The notes under the pieces are model-generated. The model worked only from the letters and a program-made list of their open reading frames with translations, had not been told where the DNA came from and did not search any database. The translations under genes and the position numbers were made by a program. A stretch of 63,770 nucleotides of DNA, the filler included, from Hausera hauseri (lineage: Eukaryota), in NCBI GenBank assembly GCA_046269625.1. It is 12 parts of 12 records of this genome, joined end to end, with 100 filler letters (N's around TTAATTAATTAA, not from the genome) between each part and the next. Parts side by side here need not be neighbours in the genome. Positions count along the whole stretch, not along the records: positions 35,524 to 39,844 come from JBJURY010635997.1; positions 39,945 to 44,698 come from JBJURY010449246.1; positions 44,799 to 49,763 come from JBJURY010376257.1; positions 49,864 to 55,078 come from JBJURY010305610.1; 8 more parts are not named here. One strand, 5' to 3'. Shown here in pieces: positions 39,036 to 50,780 of this stretch (position 1 is the first letter of the stretch; every line of letters starts with the position of its first letter).

Positions 39036-39652
39036 TCATGAGTGAGCAGACTAAAGACAAAGCCATAAGAAAGGCACATACAGAACACTGTGTTGGGAAA
39101 ATTATGGGAATTTAGGATGCTGCAATGTACTTTAAATACTTACAGACGGATAAAGACAAACTGCAATATGATAAAAATTTCGTTCCACTAAGTGAAACCT
39201 TACCACCGATGAAACCAAAACGACCAGTCGGAAGACCAAGAAAAATAAAAGAAGTAAACTATAATGCAGATTTAATTAGGCAACTGAGACAACTATCAGT
39301 ACCTACTCCGAGCTCAGATAACGAAGAATTGATAAAACTAATGAGAGATTTAATTAGGATAGTAAACTATACCGGACTCTAAGGCGGCATACTGTCCGAA
39401 AAAGAAAGATTAATATATAATATAGCACGACCATGAAAACTTCGACATTTAAATTATCTAAAAGTACTTTCCCTGACGAAACAGTGACTGACATAATGAT
39501 GGTAGACAATACGACGGAATAATTAAGGAAAGTCTTGATATATTTGGCGGTAAGAACTAACCCTCACCGAGAAAACGAATTTGAAAAGACAATTGGATTG
39601 GCTAGGAAAGCTGCAGGAAGGATACCCAAAGAAATAAAGTGGGCTACATTGT

Positions 39653-39844
39653 TTGAAAAAAGAAAATGCAAAGGAGACTAATACGTTAGAAGATATGATA
39701 CGAAATATCTCTTTAAATAGAGGCAATGAATCCAAATGGTTAGTCAATCTGCTAACAATAATGATGCTAGTTAAACAGCTAGGAGCAGTCACTATATACG
39801 ACTGTGATAAATTCAAGATGGGTCAAAGATATTCTCTAATGGAT
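39653..39844 (+). CDS. Internal signal peptide and N-terminus of chuvirus-like glycoprotein (truncated by spacer)
   Basis: TNTLEDMI...KWLVNLLTIMMLVKQLGA|VTIYDCDKFKMGQRYSL versus TNSLGELF...WLFILLVILCRGAHA|FRAYDCDYPAVGTSYSL at 3149-3433. Confidence 0.7.
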
Positions 39845-41942
39845 NNNNNNNNNNNNNNNNNNNNNNNNNNNNNNNNNNNNNNNNNNNNTTAATTAATTAA
39901 NNNNNNNNNNNNNNNNNNNNNNNNNNNNNNNNNNNNNNNNNNNNTATACTATTGCTTTTTCGTAGAGTTCGTAAGATTGTAATGACAATAAATCAGTTTT
40001 GACAATTTTGCTAATGAACAGTGTTTCACATATGCAGCAAAACTTTTATATAATTATTAAAATTGTTATATATTGAGGTGGCCCTTACACAACTCCCACT
40101 ACATAACAATAAACTGAATTAAAAATTTCTTTACTTCTGCAGATAAGGATTACGCCTTTTCGAGTAACCAGAATGTGCCTTATAGACTTTAAGAAAATTT
40201 ACACCATTAATGCATGTACTGCTTGCTACTGTGTGTAGAAAGGTTATCAAAATTTAGTCTTAACTATTTAACTTTAAAGTGATTTTGAATCCTAGTGACG
40301 TCTAATTACCCTTAAGGGGCAATTAAAACTATAACAAATTCAGATCTAAAAACTTCATTAAACTCAAATAAAACAAATAACGAAGAATCTTACAGAGATT
40401 CAACAACCGAATGATATCAATTATCCTTTTCGATAACAATAGTAACGTCGACGGTCCACCAATAATCGTTGTTCGCAATGTCTGGCAACTTCGAATATAA
40501 GGTTCTTTCTGCATAGTTCGCCACAGAACTGAAATCGTGTTTCAGAGTTTCTCCACTTCGAGCCAATCGTTTCACTTTAGTTCACATGGAACTGTTCGTT
40601 AGTGTCTAGTCACTTCTCTATTTATACCGAACTTTATCTCGTCGGTTTACAAATTATATAGGTTTTTCAACGTTCGTTTTCAACGGATTATACATTGGAC
40701 GTTTACTTCTATATAGTGTGCTATTTTCTCTGGTTAAATGTTTCAAAATATTCCTAACACCGTTTAACTGATTATTCCCATTTACTATACTGATATACTG
40801 ATATTAATATTTACGATTATTTTACAATGTCTTTTTCACATTTAGATCTCAACATTCTTTGTGATTCATAATAATATTAATACATATTTATACAATTGAA
40901 GATACATTAAAATTTAATGATGTTTGTAAATGATTAGTCGTTTTTGAAAATAATGGAATAAGATTGAATGGCCTCTTTTTATTGTAATTTTATCCATTAG
41001 TGCACAGTTTATAGAATATCAGTGTATAAATGAATGTATGCACATATGATTGATCTTGTTACGCAGTTTCTTGTTTCAAAGATTTCATTTCATTTGAAAA
41101 AATATAATGTTCTAACGACTAACTCGAAAAGCACAAAAACTGCATTGTAAACGCACTCAAAACCTATTTTTATGATGACGACATTTTATATGACAAAAAT
41201 ATAACAGAAACCATTGAAGAGTTCCATAAAACTGAGATTTATTTACAACAATGCAAATTACTAAGTTAGATATTTATGCCGATACTATTAATGATGAGAC
41301 GTTGGCCAAATTAAAGCTTGACACAGGATGATGAAAATTTTCAAGTTCAAATAAATACTTTTCATTTTTTGCACCTAAGGGACTAATTCGGAATATTGAT
41401 ACCAGAAATAATCATGGTAGAAATCCATCTACAAATATCTTTAACGATACATCTTTTTCCTTATTGATTTGTACTGTTCAATACACAAACTTCTACCAGA
41501 AGCTTAAAGTATGAGTACAATAAGAAAAACCGAACGTACAGAAAGTCAAAACCAACATGTAAAGTTGAAATACAGACTACTCATGGGGTCATCATTGGGC
41601 TGCAGTATTTAGAGCGCATCACAGATTAATAGGTGAACTTTTGAGACAAATAAATGGAAACCGAAGTTTTTGAATAAATATGTGTAAAAAGCGACTTGTT
41701 CAATTGAAAAGTTTTTTAATATTTAAATAATTTCAAAGCCATCATAAAAATTTGCTCCCTATCACATTCGCCACGTTTTACTCAGTTAATCAAAAGCGTG
41801 AGAAGAATTTATTTTTACGCAACAATTACTATTGGCCAGAAGCGTTGATTTTCTGAGAACAAAACGTCTTTTATACACTAGTTAGAAAAATTAAAATTTG
41901 ACAAAATAGTTTGTCGTACACTTCAAACTGTGAAGCTGTATA

Positions 41943-42750
41943 ATTAGTGACAAAATGTGCTTTCGGTCCCACCTCCCCAGGGGAGGAGGTAATCGATAAA
42001 TCGATTTTGCACATGTGCCGATGGATAGTGCACCCGGAGCACTATCGATCCAAAATGTGCCTGGCAATGGCGCCGCTAGGCCCCTTGCTAAGGGCACTTT
42101 TGCACTTTTCACAAATCGATCGCTTTACAGTGCACTATTGATCGAATCGATCGGGACAAAGTGCTAATCGATAGAGCACATCGAGATTCATCGATTGGTG
42201 CACAGTGCAAGTGTGCAGCACATGTACAAGTGTGCAAAAATCAATAACAACGGATTTCCGATAATTTCAATATTGATGATTAACACATGGCTACTTGTGA
42301 AATCGAAAGCACATGTGACGTATTATGTGAATTTGCACTTATAATTTAAATTTATTGATTGGTTTTTGATAAAACGTCAACTGATGGAGAAGGTACATAG
42401 GCCTTCCCGCTATAAATTTTAAACCAATAATATCAATATGGCGCCTATACTGGCAGGTGAAGCACTTGATGTAGTATCGTTCAGTGCAAAACTTGAGTGT
42501 GGTGTGCACTTGGATACGGTTGCCAGGGCACTTTTTCACTTTGCACACTTCTGCAATTGTGCAGCGTAGGATTGATGGAATTGATCGGGGTCAAGTGCAG
42601 GTGGATAGAGCACATCGAGATGAACCTTGATATGTGGTGTGCAGTGCAAAAACATGTGTGAAAGTGTGCAAAAATCAATAATATCAAATTTCCGATATTT
42701 CCAATATAGATGATTAGCACTCGACACCGGGTGCATTCTAACACAAACAC
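41943..42750 (+). mobile_element. Polinton-like terminal/subterminal region with internal duplications
   Basis: 41943-42100 is homologous to the reverse complement of 59218-59370, which ends in the AGTAGT terminus; blocks at ~42170-42300 and ~42605-42725 are duplicated; rich in ATCGAT/GTGCA. Confidence 0.6.
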
Positions 42751-43420
42751 GGTGTAGTATATGAATGCTCAGTTAGAATTTAAATTTGTCGGTTAGTTAT
42801 CGATTAATGTCGATCCAAAGTGCAAATTGGCCAAATTTTCTAAAGGTTTTTTAGGCCGTAGGAAGCAAAATTCGATATAATATTGAGCGGGGTCAGATAG
42901 GAAATCGACTATTGCAAACTTGAATCTGTAGTCGAAAATTCGAAATTTGAATTTTTTTGAGTTCGAATGTCGAAGTTCGAATTATTCGAAAAATCGAAGA
43001 ACGGAAATCGATTTCTCGTATATGAAAACACCCTCGTACATAAAAATTATTCCATAAAAATGTACTACATGTGCATAAAATCAATATTTCGAAATAAGCA
43101 AAATGTGCATTTGAATAGTAATGAAGCGGAAATCCATAAATCTAATTGCGGGGCTGGATAGGAAAGCATATATGCCGAATTGGAATATGGCATCAGGTAT
43201 TCGAATTCGAGCTTACAAGTCGAATAATTAGCTATTCGAACACGAATACTTGATCAAGCGTAAATTATTTGAAAAATCTAGTGACGTCATTTGATTCCCC
43301 GCATATGAAAACCTATATGTAGATTGAATTTGGCGACGATTTATATATTTAGTGCATTAAAACAAAGTGTCTTTCACGGTGTGTATAAACAAATGTTAAT
43401 TATAGAATATGTCTTGCATA

Positions 43421-43646
43421 ATGGACTTTATTAATAATCTAGTAACTGATATGAACAAAGAATATGATGCGTCCTATGAAGATGTTTCAGAATATTCATG
43501 TGTTCAGTGCGATCTTGGTGGAGAAAATGAATACGTGGATGCAGCTAATCAAACTGAAGATACTGAATTATTTGAAGAATGACGATGATGAAACTGAAAT
43601 CGCTATTAATGCAGAAGAGGAAGAAGAAGAGGAGAGTGATATTTAG
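43421..43646 (+). pseudogene. Small acidic protein remnant
   Basis: MDFINNLVTDMNKEYDASYEDVSEYSC..., frameshift into DDDETEIAINAEEEEEESDI*; AATAAA at ~43698. Confidence 0.4.
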
Positions 43647-43695
43647 GATTGATCATGTAGAGGTGGTATAATGACAGATTATTATTGTTGTCATG

Positions 43696-44242
43696 TTAAT
43701 AAAGTTGTTGTATACACATATGTTGCTTTTTGAAAACAGACATAAGTCGATAATAATATATTGCCTAAAACACAACTAACAAAATCAATATAATTCAAAT
43801 TTTTCAAACCGGTAATAACAATTTTCCCCGTATGAATCACATTTACACATAGAAGATTATAGCAAGTTAATCTAAGTGCAAGAAATAATTCTGGTCCATA
43901 GAGACTTGGATTATTCCAATTTGTTTAGATGTATAAGTTCACCAAAATCACATGTCACTGTAAGTGACTGTATACCAACAATTGAAATATCTTAGGGCAA
44001 ACTGCATGGATAAATGGGCTTTTATATCTTATTATTAAGCATTTTCCACTGAGGAAGAATACGATCGTACATTCGGGGTATCGTAAAACACACTGTTTAG
44101 GTCTACATCCGAATTCGAAGTCATCTAAGGAAACTGTAGGGAAACCTCTGTAGTTAATGTTGCTCAGAATATTTGTAATAATGAAAGGTGATTTTTCCAA
44201 CTGACTTGTCACCTTCAAATTGGATAAATTTGATTGGTTCAT
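43696..44242 (-). pseudogene. Divergent, intronless TATA-binding-protein-like gene (both saddle repeats), frameshifted
   Basis: Repeat 1: LSNINYRG...RPKQCVLRYPECTIVFFLSGKCLI. Repeat 2: YGPELFLALRLTCYNLLCVNVIHTGKIVITGLK. Compare TBP YEPELFPGLIYR...LIFVSGKVVLTGAK. Confidence 0.7.
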
Positions 44243-45302
44243 TCAAATTGAATATATCTGATTGGTCGACACAAGACAGTGCACGTTGACATAGTTATAT
44301 TTGTAATTATTTCAAAAATCCATTCGGAGAATGGTGAGTTTTTTATTGGTGCTCCTGAATTAGATCTATTTTTAGAATTGCAACATTGAAAATACTGATG
44401 TGTCACTTGGTCAAGCTATTGATGAGGTGCTAAGCTTTCCAAACTGTAAACGAAAAACAGAATATCTGATCGAATACATGAAAAGCTGAAAGAGCAGTTG
44501 GATATTACATATCCTTATGGCGATAATGGGATCAGAATGGCAGGTTTGAAACCCATGACATCTAACCAATTGTTCAAAAGCCTAGAGTTGAAGATTGCTC
44601 AAATGAAGATGGCACAAATGGGAGCTCCAAGAAACTATATGGGATACCAGATGAGTTTCCTAAAATGTAAGAGAACAATTGAACTACAGGATCCAGTANN
44701 NNNNNNNNNNNNNNNNNNNNNNNNNNNNNNNNNNNNNNNNNNTTAATTAATTAANNNNNNNNNNNNNNNNNNNNNNNNNNNNNNNNNNNNNNNNNNNNTA
44801 CCCACCCATTGATGGCCTTTTACAATGCGTCATGGATTGGAAACCAGAGGATCTAAAACACTCGTCAAATTCTTTGTTTAATTCAATTAGTGGCGAGTTA
44901 AATGCACCATCTCGATTTATAGGAAAATCTTCATCTCCAAATTCTTAATTTCTTGTGTCAAAAGAATCCTATTTAACGCCAGTTTATTTTTCGAACTTTT
45001 TGATGACTGCAAAATCTCTTTAAATTACCGGTGACGTTACTCTGTATTTATGGAAAAGTAATAGTTTTGTACTACGATTTTGGATAAACATGATTAAAAA
45101 TACAAATTTCATTTTCTCTGTCAACAAATTGAAAATTATGGATGGTTGTTTAACAAGTATCGCGACATTTCTTATAAAATTGTGTTCAGTAGCATCGAGA
45201 ATTCCAACTGGTACGAATCTTCCAGTAATCAAACAGTTATTTCTCGAGGATGTGAAAGATAAATGTGCAAAATGGTGTAAGTTCTTTTTCGAATGTTCCA
45301 GA

Positions 45303-47521
45303 CATGTATCAGAAGAAAACTGGTTTAGCTTTTACAAACTTTGGTTGCAGTCTAACAACATCACTGATCCGCTAAGCAAAGCTCATAACCTACCTTGTCT
45401 TTTACCGACAACTGTAAAAACGTCCATTCATGATTTGCTCGACATCTTCTAGCAACTAGATCCATACACCCATCTTTACAATGCCGTTTTAAAGCTTACC
45501 GAACCATCTAAGGACTCTATAATTCATCGATTCTTCAACGACAATGCTATGAGGCCGCAAAAACCATTAGGTTTCCTCAGAACTTCACTCGTTCAACTTC
45601 AAACACTTGGCGTGAATAAACAACATAACGCTGATCTTTTGCGACGCTACTTTCTGAACGCATTGCCCATATAAATTAGAGCCTTACTGTCGTCGAAGAA
45701 CCAACGACGCTTGATTTATTGGCTAAACTGGCAGAAAAAACATACGAGGTTTTGAACGCACACACCCAACCAGTCATTTCTGCAGCCGTTACTACCAACA
45801 ACGTTACATTCGAACGGCAGTTAAATTAACTACGAACGGAAAATGCGGCCCTACAAACAACAATAAGTAGTATTAACAACAAAACTGAACGAGATTTTAC
45901 TGACTCGTCGGGGGGATGTTTCATACGTGACCATAACCGTTCAATATCTCGTGGTCGTTCACCTTCACCTGGACGATCACTGATCTGCTATTACCACGGC
46001 AAGTTTGACAATAATGCACAAAAATTCCACCTGGGGTGCAAATTTTACAACCAAAAATATCATACAGATAACGCCATTTGCATATGTCATACAAAATTCC
46101 GACAGTGCACGCAGATGAATTCCTGGCTGTACCTTTAAAAACAAATATCATCATGTAAATGACGGACACATAAACTCTCCTTCTAACAGCCGACCTGTTT
46201 CTCCTTTTTAAAAAACTAATTTCGACGCCAGTACTCACGGCAGAGTCTGGCAAAGGCAACTTCTCTAATACTACCTGCCGACATTCTTCTTTTGCAGTCT
46301 TTACACTAAAGCCTTCGATAACCAAGCCAACAACTCAATCCATAGATTTCTTTATCAACACAGGCGCTGCGGTTTTCCTGCTACCGCGCACTTTTCCTGT
46401 GCAAAATTCACCATTCAAAACCAAATCGTTATTTATGGCTTTAGTAGAACTGCTAGACATTTCCGGTACATATAAATTGTCGTTCACCTTACCAAACTTT
46501 CAGTCAAAGTTTCTTTAAACGTTTACCGTGGTTAACGTCCGCACAACAATCCTACGTTCGGATTTCTTATCACACTATAATCTTTTAGTTGACTGCGAAC
46601 AACAATGTCCGAAACGTAACACTACTGGATATCTTACCGAGCAAATAAATAGTATATCCGCTAAGGCACAAGCGATTTCCCCGCAGAAGTCTATACTCAA
46701 AAATCCTGTAAGTTATCCAAATCTCTGCAACAAGCATTTTTCATTTCGTAAACTTTTTAATGATAATATCGATATTCAGTCGAGATTTGGTTCTGACAAG
46801 TACGGTTCAATCCATTCGCTAGACAAAATTACTTCTTCGAACACTATTTTTAACACTACTATATTACAGCAAATTCCTCGTGATTGCAATAACTTGCAAA
46901 CCTCATTAGTAACTACACATATTGACTCAACACTTCAACCATCACACAATCTCTCGCAATTGTCTGAAAGTCTTCGAAATACATACACAATACATGCCCC
47001 CGCTTAATTCAGAAAGATCGAACCTTCACACCTACAAACAGTTCTTTTCATCACATTATAACGCAACATCAACGACCTATTCGTCAAAAGGTACGTCCAT
47101 TGTCACCTCGTCTTAGGCAAGCTGTCGAAGCGGAATTTCTAGACCTTAAACGCTCCGGAATCGTACGCAGATTTAAATTACCGTGGTCTTCGTTTTTACA
47201 TGTAGTTCAAAAAAGATGGATCTTTCCGACTATGCTGTGATTACCGTCAGCTAAACACTTTAACTGTTATGGACGCATATCTTTTATCGTTAATTAAGGA
47301 TATCCTGCATCAGCTCAATTTAACTACAGTATATTCAGCCAAAGACTTAGCCAAGGCATATCATCAAATTCCTGTAGCACCCAAGGATATCGAAAAAACT
47401 GCCGCTACGACACCTTTCCTCCTATGCGAAAACATTTATATGCCTTTTGGTTTACGCAACGCTGCACATACTTTCCAACGTCACATCGACTACATCCTTT
47501 TTGATTTCACTTTCGCGCATC
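45303..47521 (+). mobile_element. Ty3/Gypsy (CsRn1-like) gag-protease-RT remnant
   Basis: gag (WLQSNNITDP, LLRRYFL, ICYYHGKF), protease (FFINTGA, ILRSDFLSHYNLLVD), RT (CCDYRQLN, DLAKAYHQIP, MPFGLRNAAHTFQR); starts at CATG 45303. Confidence 0.9.
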
Positions 47522-47635
47522 TGTAGTGCCCACAGCGGCCGGCGCCCTCTGGCCCTTTTGGTTGGGCACGGCCGGGTGTCCGTTGCCGCCGCGTCGGATC
47601 TATAGGCGAGCCCGATCTTCCGCCTCAAAATCATG
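47522..47635 (+). repeat. 5' part of Gypsy LTR interrupting RT just before YxDD
   Basis: TGTAGTGCCCACAGCGGCCGGCGCCCTCTGGCCC..., homologous to 19294 and 26420; ends at CATG 47632. Confidence 0.75.
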
Positions 47636-48113
47636 ACATAAACTGGTACTGTCGAATTTTCACGATGTCAAGTCAATAAAAATTACCATTCCGGCAATGT
47701 CATCTAGTCATGAATTTGATCGAAAACTAACACGAATAAGATCATACAAGTAATCATTATGGAATTATAATTGTTAAACCGATGGTCAGACATATCCTTT
47801 GGCAACTACTTTACTCGCTCTGCCCCTCTATGTTTTCAGTCAATGTCCAGAGTTTTGTACACCTTTTTTGTAAAACAATCTCATGCAACAGAGAGGGTTT
47901 CACAGAACTACCCAACTACTTTAAAATGAAATATCAAAAACTTACGCTCCAATCCTAGAAATTCACGAACACAATATTGAGTGTGCATAATTTCACCGAA
48001 TTGAAACTTAAAAACTCACTCATCCATCAGAACAAGCAACATCATACGAATAGGGCGATATACATTTTCCAAACTGCAAAAATTGCAACAATTTGACAAA
48101 TGAAAATAGCTAA

Positions 48114-48515
48114 TTGAAAGACATTGACGAACATCAAAGCATTCTTTGGTCTGCACATTTCGTCGTTGAGCATTCAGAATTCGAATTTGTCATCATTACC
48201 AGGAGATCTAATCAAACCGATAAAATGCCGTCTGACATTAAAATTGTCCTCACAAATAACATAGATTTGAACGAATGTCCGATGGTTTATAACGTGTTGT
48301 TCAAACGTATTGAAAATGCTTTAAGTATGGTAAAAATCGGAAACGATTATTTCTACCCGGAAAGAAAAATCGTTCTTGATAGACGCAGAATGGAAATTTG
48401 GCCAGGATATGTAACAAGTATCCACAATTTCGATGGTTGGTTGCTGTTGCAATGCGATGTATTGCAAAAACTTGTTTGTAACGAAAATAATGTTGCAAAA
48501 ATGATTATATACATG
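48114..48515 (+). CDS. piwi: Piwi-clade Argonaute fragment (N-domain end/L1 linker)
   Basis: CPMVYNVLFKRI..LSMVKIGNDYFYP..I....RMEIWPGYVTSIHNFDG.LLLQCDV; cut at CATG 48512. Confidence 0.85.
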
Positions 48516-48551
48516 CAAAAAAAAAAACCACCCGGTTTTCTACGCCATTTT

Positions 48552-49379
48552 CTATAGCGATGTTAACCAGACGGAATGAATGTCCAACACGCTTTCCTTT
48601 GTCGCGTGCTCGTAAACGCTGCGCGATAGCAGCATCGCGTAAACCACCGCGCGCGTTACATAACCCAACGTTTTATCTGGTGGAATGAATTGTTTTCGTT
48701 CGCACAACACGTCTTGTGCAACGCTTTGTACCTTGCGCAAGTCTATACGATTTCGAGCTTTCCTGAGCCACGCTTCGTCGAAGTTTGTACTCGTACAAGA
48801 GTGGTCGGCTTCCCGGTCGGATCTTTCGCAGCAGCCGCGACTCGCCGTGTCGCTACACCACATTTTCTCCAGCACGTGCACCAGAACCAACTCCACCGCG
48901 GCTATCGTTTCGTTGCGATACCATTTCGCCATCGCCGGTAATCCCAACGCATCTAACTCGGGCGGATGTTCCGCGTATGCTTTTAATACAGCCGGGGTGT
49001 CCATTGTGTAATACTCACTCGCGTCAGCAAAACGGGTGTACAACTCGAACGACGCGGCAAAGGCTCGAAGGATCGTGCACATCGCAACGATCGTCTCGCT
49101 CCGCGATCTCGGTTGCCTAAGCGTGTATTCCGCTGCGTGTAGTAACCCGCCCATAGACAGATGATCGATGATGGTCTTTACGTTACCGACGTACCACGGC
49201 TCGGTGCAATGATATCGTACGGGGTGACACGCAATCTCCCGCTTTCTAATTTCCCTCCTCAGTATTTGAAAAACACTCCACGAAACGTCGGCCAAGCACC
49301 TTACATCGTCGTAACTCAATACGTGTATAACCGGTTGGCCTTCTTCGGCCAACTCGCGAAACCCTTGATGCGCGGCCAT
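48552..49379 (-). CDS. Intact intronless 275-aa virus/Polinton-like hypothetical protein
   Basis: CpG-rich ORF from MAAHQG, AT-rich promoter-like leader, C....GC.......H.C cluster reminiscent of Polinton accessory proteins. Confidence 0.6.
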   Translation of the reverse strand: MAAHQGFRELAEEGQPVIHVLSYDDVRCLADVSWSVFQILRREIRKREIACHPVRYHCTEPWYVGNVKTIIDHLSMGGLLHAAEYTLRQPRSRSETIVAMCTILRAFAASFELYTRFADASEYYTMDTPAVLKAYAEHPPELDALGLPAMAKWYRNETIAAVELVLVHVLEKMWCSDTASRGCCERSDREADHSCTSTNFDEAWLRKARNRIDLRKVQSVAQDVLCERKQFIPPDKTLGYVTRAVVYAMLLSRSVYEHATKESVLDIHSVWLTSL

Positions 49380-49523
49380 GCTAACGCGTACCTTGCGTAC
49401 GCTGACTTTCGTTAGTAATATATATAAAAAAATCGACAAGTCACACCGGTTAGGCTTTTTTTATTATGTACACAATAACAGCTTATGCGACCTTTATTAT
49501 ATAGGTCTCTTGATGATTCTTAA

Positions 49524-49725
49524 CATGTACGTCTCGATGGGTCTCGTCGACAAGACTTTGGGCTCGGTCGACGCGACCGTCCTCGCGCGGGTCTTCGTCG
49601 GCAACTTCGTCATGTACGTCTCGATGGGTCTCGTCGACAAGACTTTGGGTTCGGTCGACGCGACCGTCCTCGCGCGGGTCTTCGTCGGCAACTTCGTCAT
49701 GTACGTCTCGATGGGTCTCGTCGTC
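49524..49725. repeat. 87-bp GC-rich tandem repeat, ~2.3 copies
   Basis: CATGTACGTCTCGATGGGTCTCGTCGACAAGACTTTGGG(C/T)TCGGTCGACGCGACC... at 49524, 49611 and 49698. Confidence 0.9.
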
Positions 49726-49934
49726 AGCCGTTGACGATTTCTATACTTATTCCTGTGTCGCGTNNNNNNNNNNNNNNNNNNNNNNNNNNNNNNNNNNNNN
49801 NNNNNNNTTAATTAATTAANNNNNNNNNNNNNNNNNNNNNNNNNNNNNNNNNNNNNNNNNNNNTTTTTCAGTTTTTCAAAAATTTTTGGAAAATTTTCGA
49901 AAAATCGAAATTCGATAATCAATATTTGAAAAAT

Positions 49935-50245
49935 AGGGGGTGGGAATAGTGAAACCATGGCTGCGCCCAAATTTCCCATATAAAATATTGATTATCGATC
50001 CTGGGGAGTCTCAAGATAGGAAATTTATATGGGCTCAGTGTGCTTACATCCCTTGGGGGGTGGGATTAGTTAAACTCCGGTTTAGCCCAAATTTCCCATA
50101 TAAAATATTGATTTCCAAAATTTTCCCAAATAAAACTATTGATTATCGATCCTGGGGGGGTTTCGATATAGGAAATTTATATGGGCGCAGTGTGCTCATA
50201 TCCCCCTACTGCTTTGTTCCAGGGGATGGGAATAGTGAATCCATG
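49935..50245. repeat. ~120-145-bp imperfect tandem repeat
   Basis: GGGGGTGGGA.TAGT...CCCAAATTTCCCATATAAAATATTGATT.TCGATCCTGGGG...ATAGGAAATTTATATGGGC.CAGTGTGCT recurs 2-3 times. Confidence 0.75.
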
Positions 50246-50271
50246 ATGACATTATTAGAAAAATTGGCACA

Positions 50272-50535
50272 TTTTGTGCTGTAGCACAACAGGAGAAAGT
50301 CATGAAGTTGACTCATACACCATTCGACGCATAGTTAAATTCTGAACAACATGGCACTTTCAAAAATATTTAGCTACTAAGGATAAAAATTTTCTCGCGT
50401 AGAACTCAAAAAATATGCAACTTTTGCACATTTTTGTGCTATAGCACAACAGGGAAAAGTCCTATGAAGTTGCCTCATACACCATTCGACTCAGAATTAA
50501 ATTCTGCACAAGATAGAACTTTCAAGAAAAATTTT
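50272..50535. repeat. ~160-bp direct repeat (transposon-like subterminal sequence)
   Basis: TTTTGTGCT.TAGCACAACAGG.AAAGTC.ATGAAGTTG.CTCATACACCATTCGAC at ~50272 and ~50432. Confidence 0.75.
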
Positions 50536-50780
50536 CCCACGGTCAAAAAATTTTTTCACGCTCAATGCTTTCTTTCCCTGGGGGGTGTAATCTCATGTCC
50601 TCACTTCCTCCTACTAATATGCCATTTGAAAATGTCTCCATTTTTATGAAATTAATAATAATAAAATTAAATGCTCACATACCCAAACTGCCGATATTTC
50701 ATAACATACACACACAGATACACACATACGTATACACAGACATATATTTATAATTGACATTTACCTCTCATTTATTACAG

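Larger units (their letters stand above)
36165..39844 (+). mobile_element. Degraded long accessory/env-like coding region of giant retroelement (coiled coil, ubiquitin-like, AT-hook, glycoprotein start)
   Basis: Continuous A-rich same-strand ORF pieces 36165-36446, 37019-37513, 37516-38691, 38777-39382, 39653-39844. Confidence 0.6.

Noticed and set aside
47522-49439. LTR-Piwi-viral ORF cassette as an element-borne silencing module
   Set aside because: Both boundaries (47632, 48512) are CATG sites that truncate the features
49524-50535. Direct repeats considered as a CRISPR-like array
   Set aside because: Units are contiguous or long, have no unique spacers and no cas genes; the context is eukaryotic
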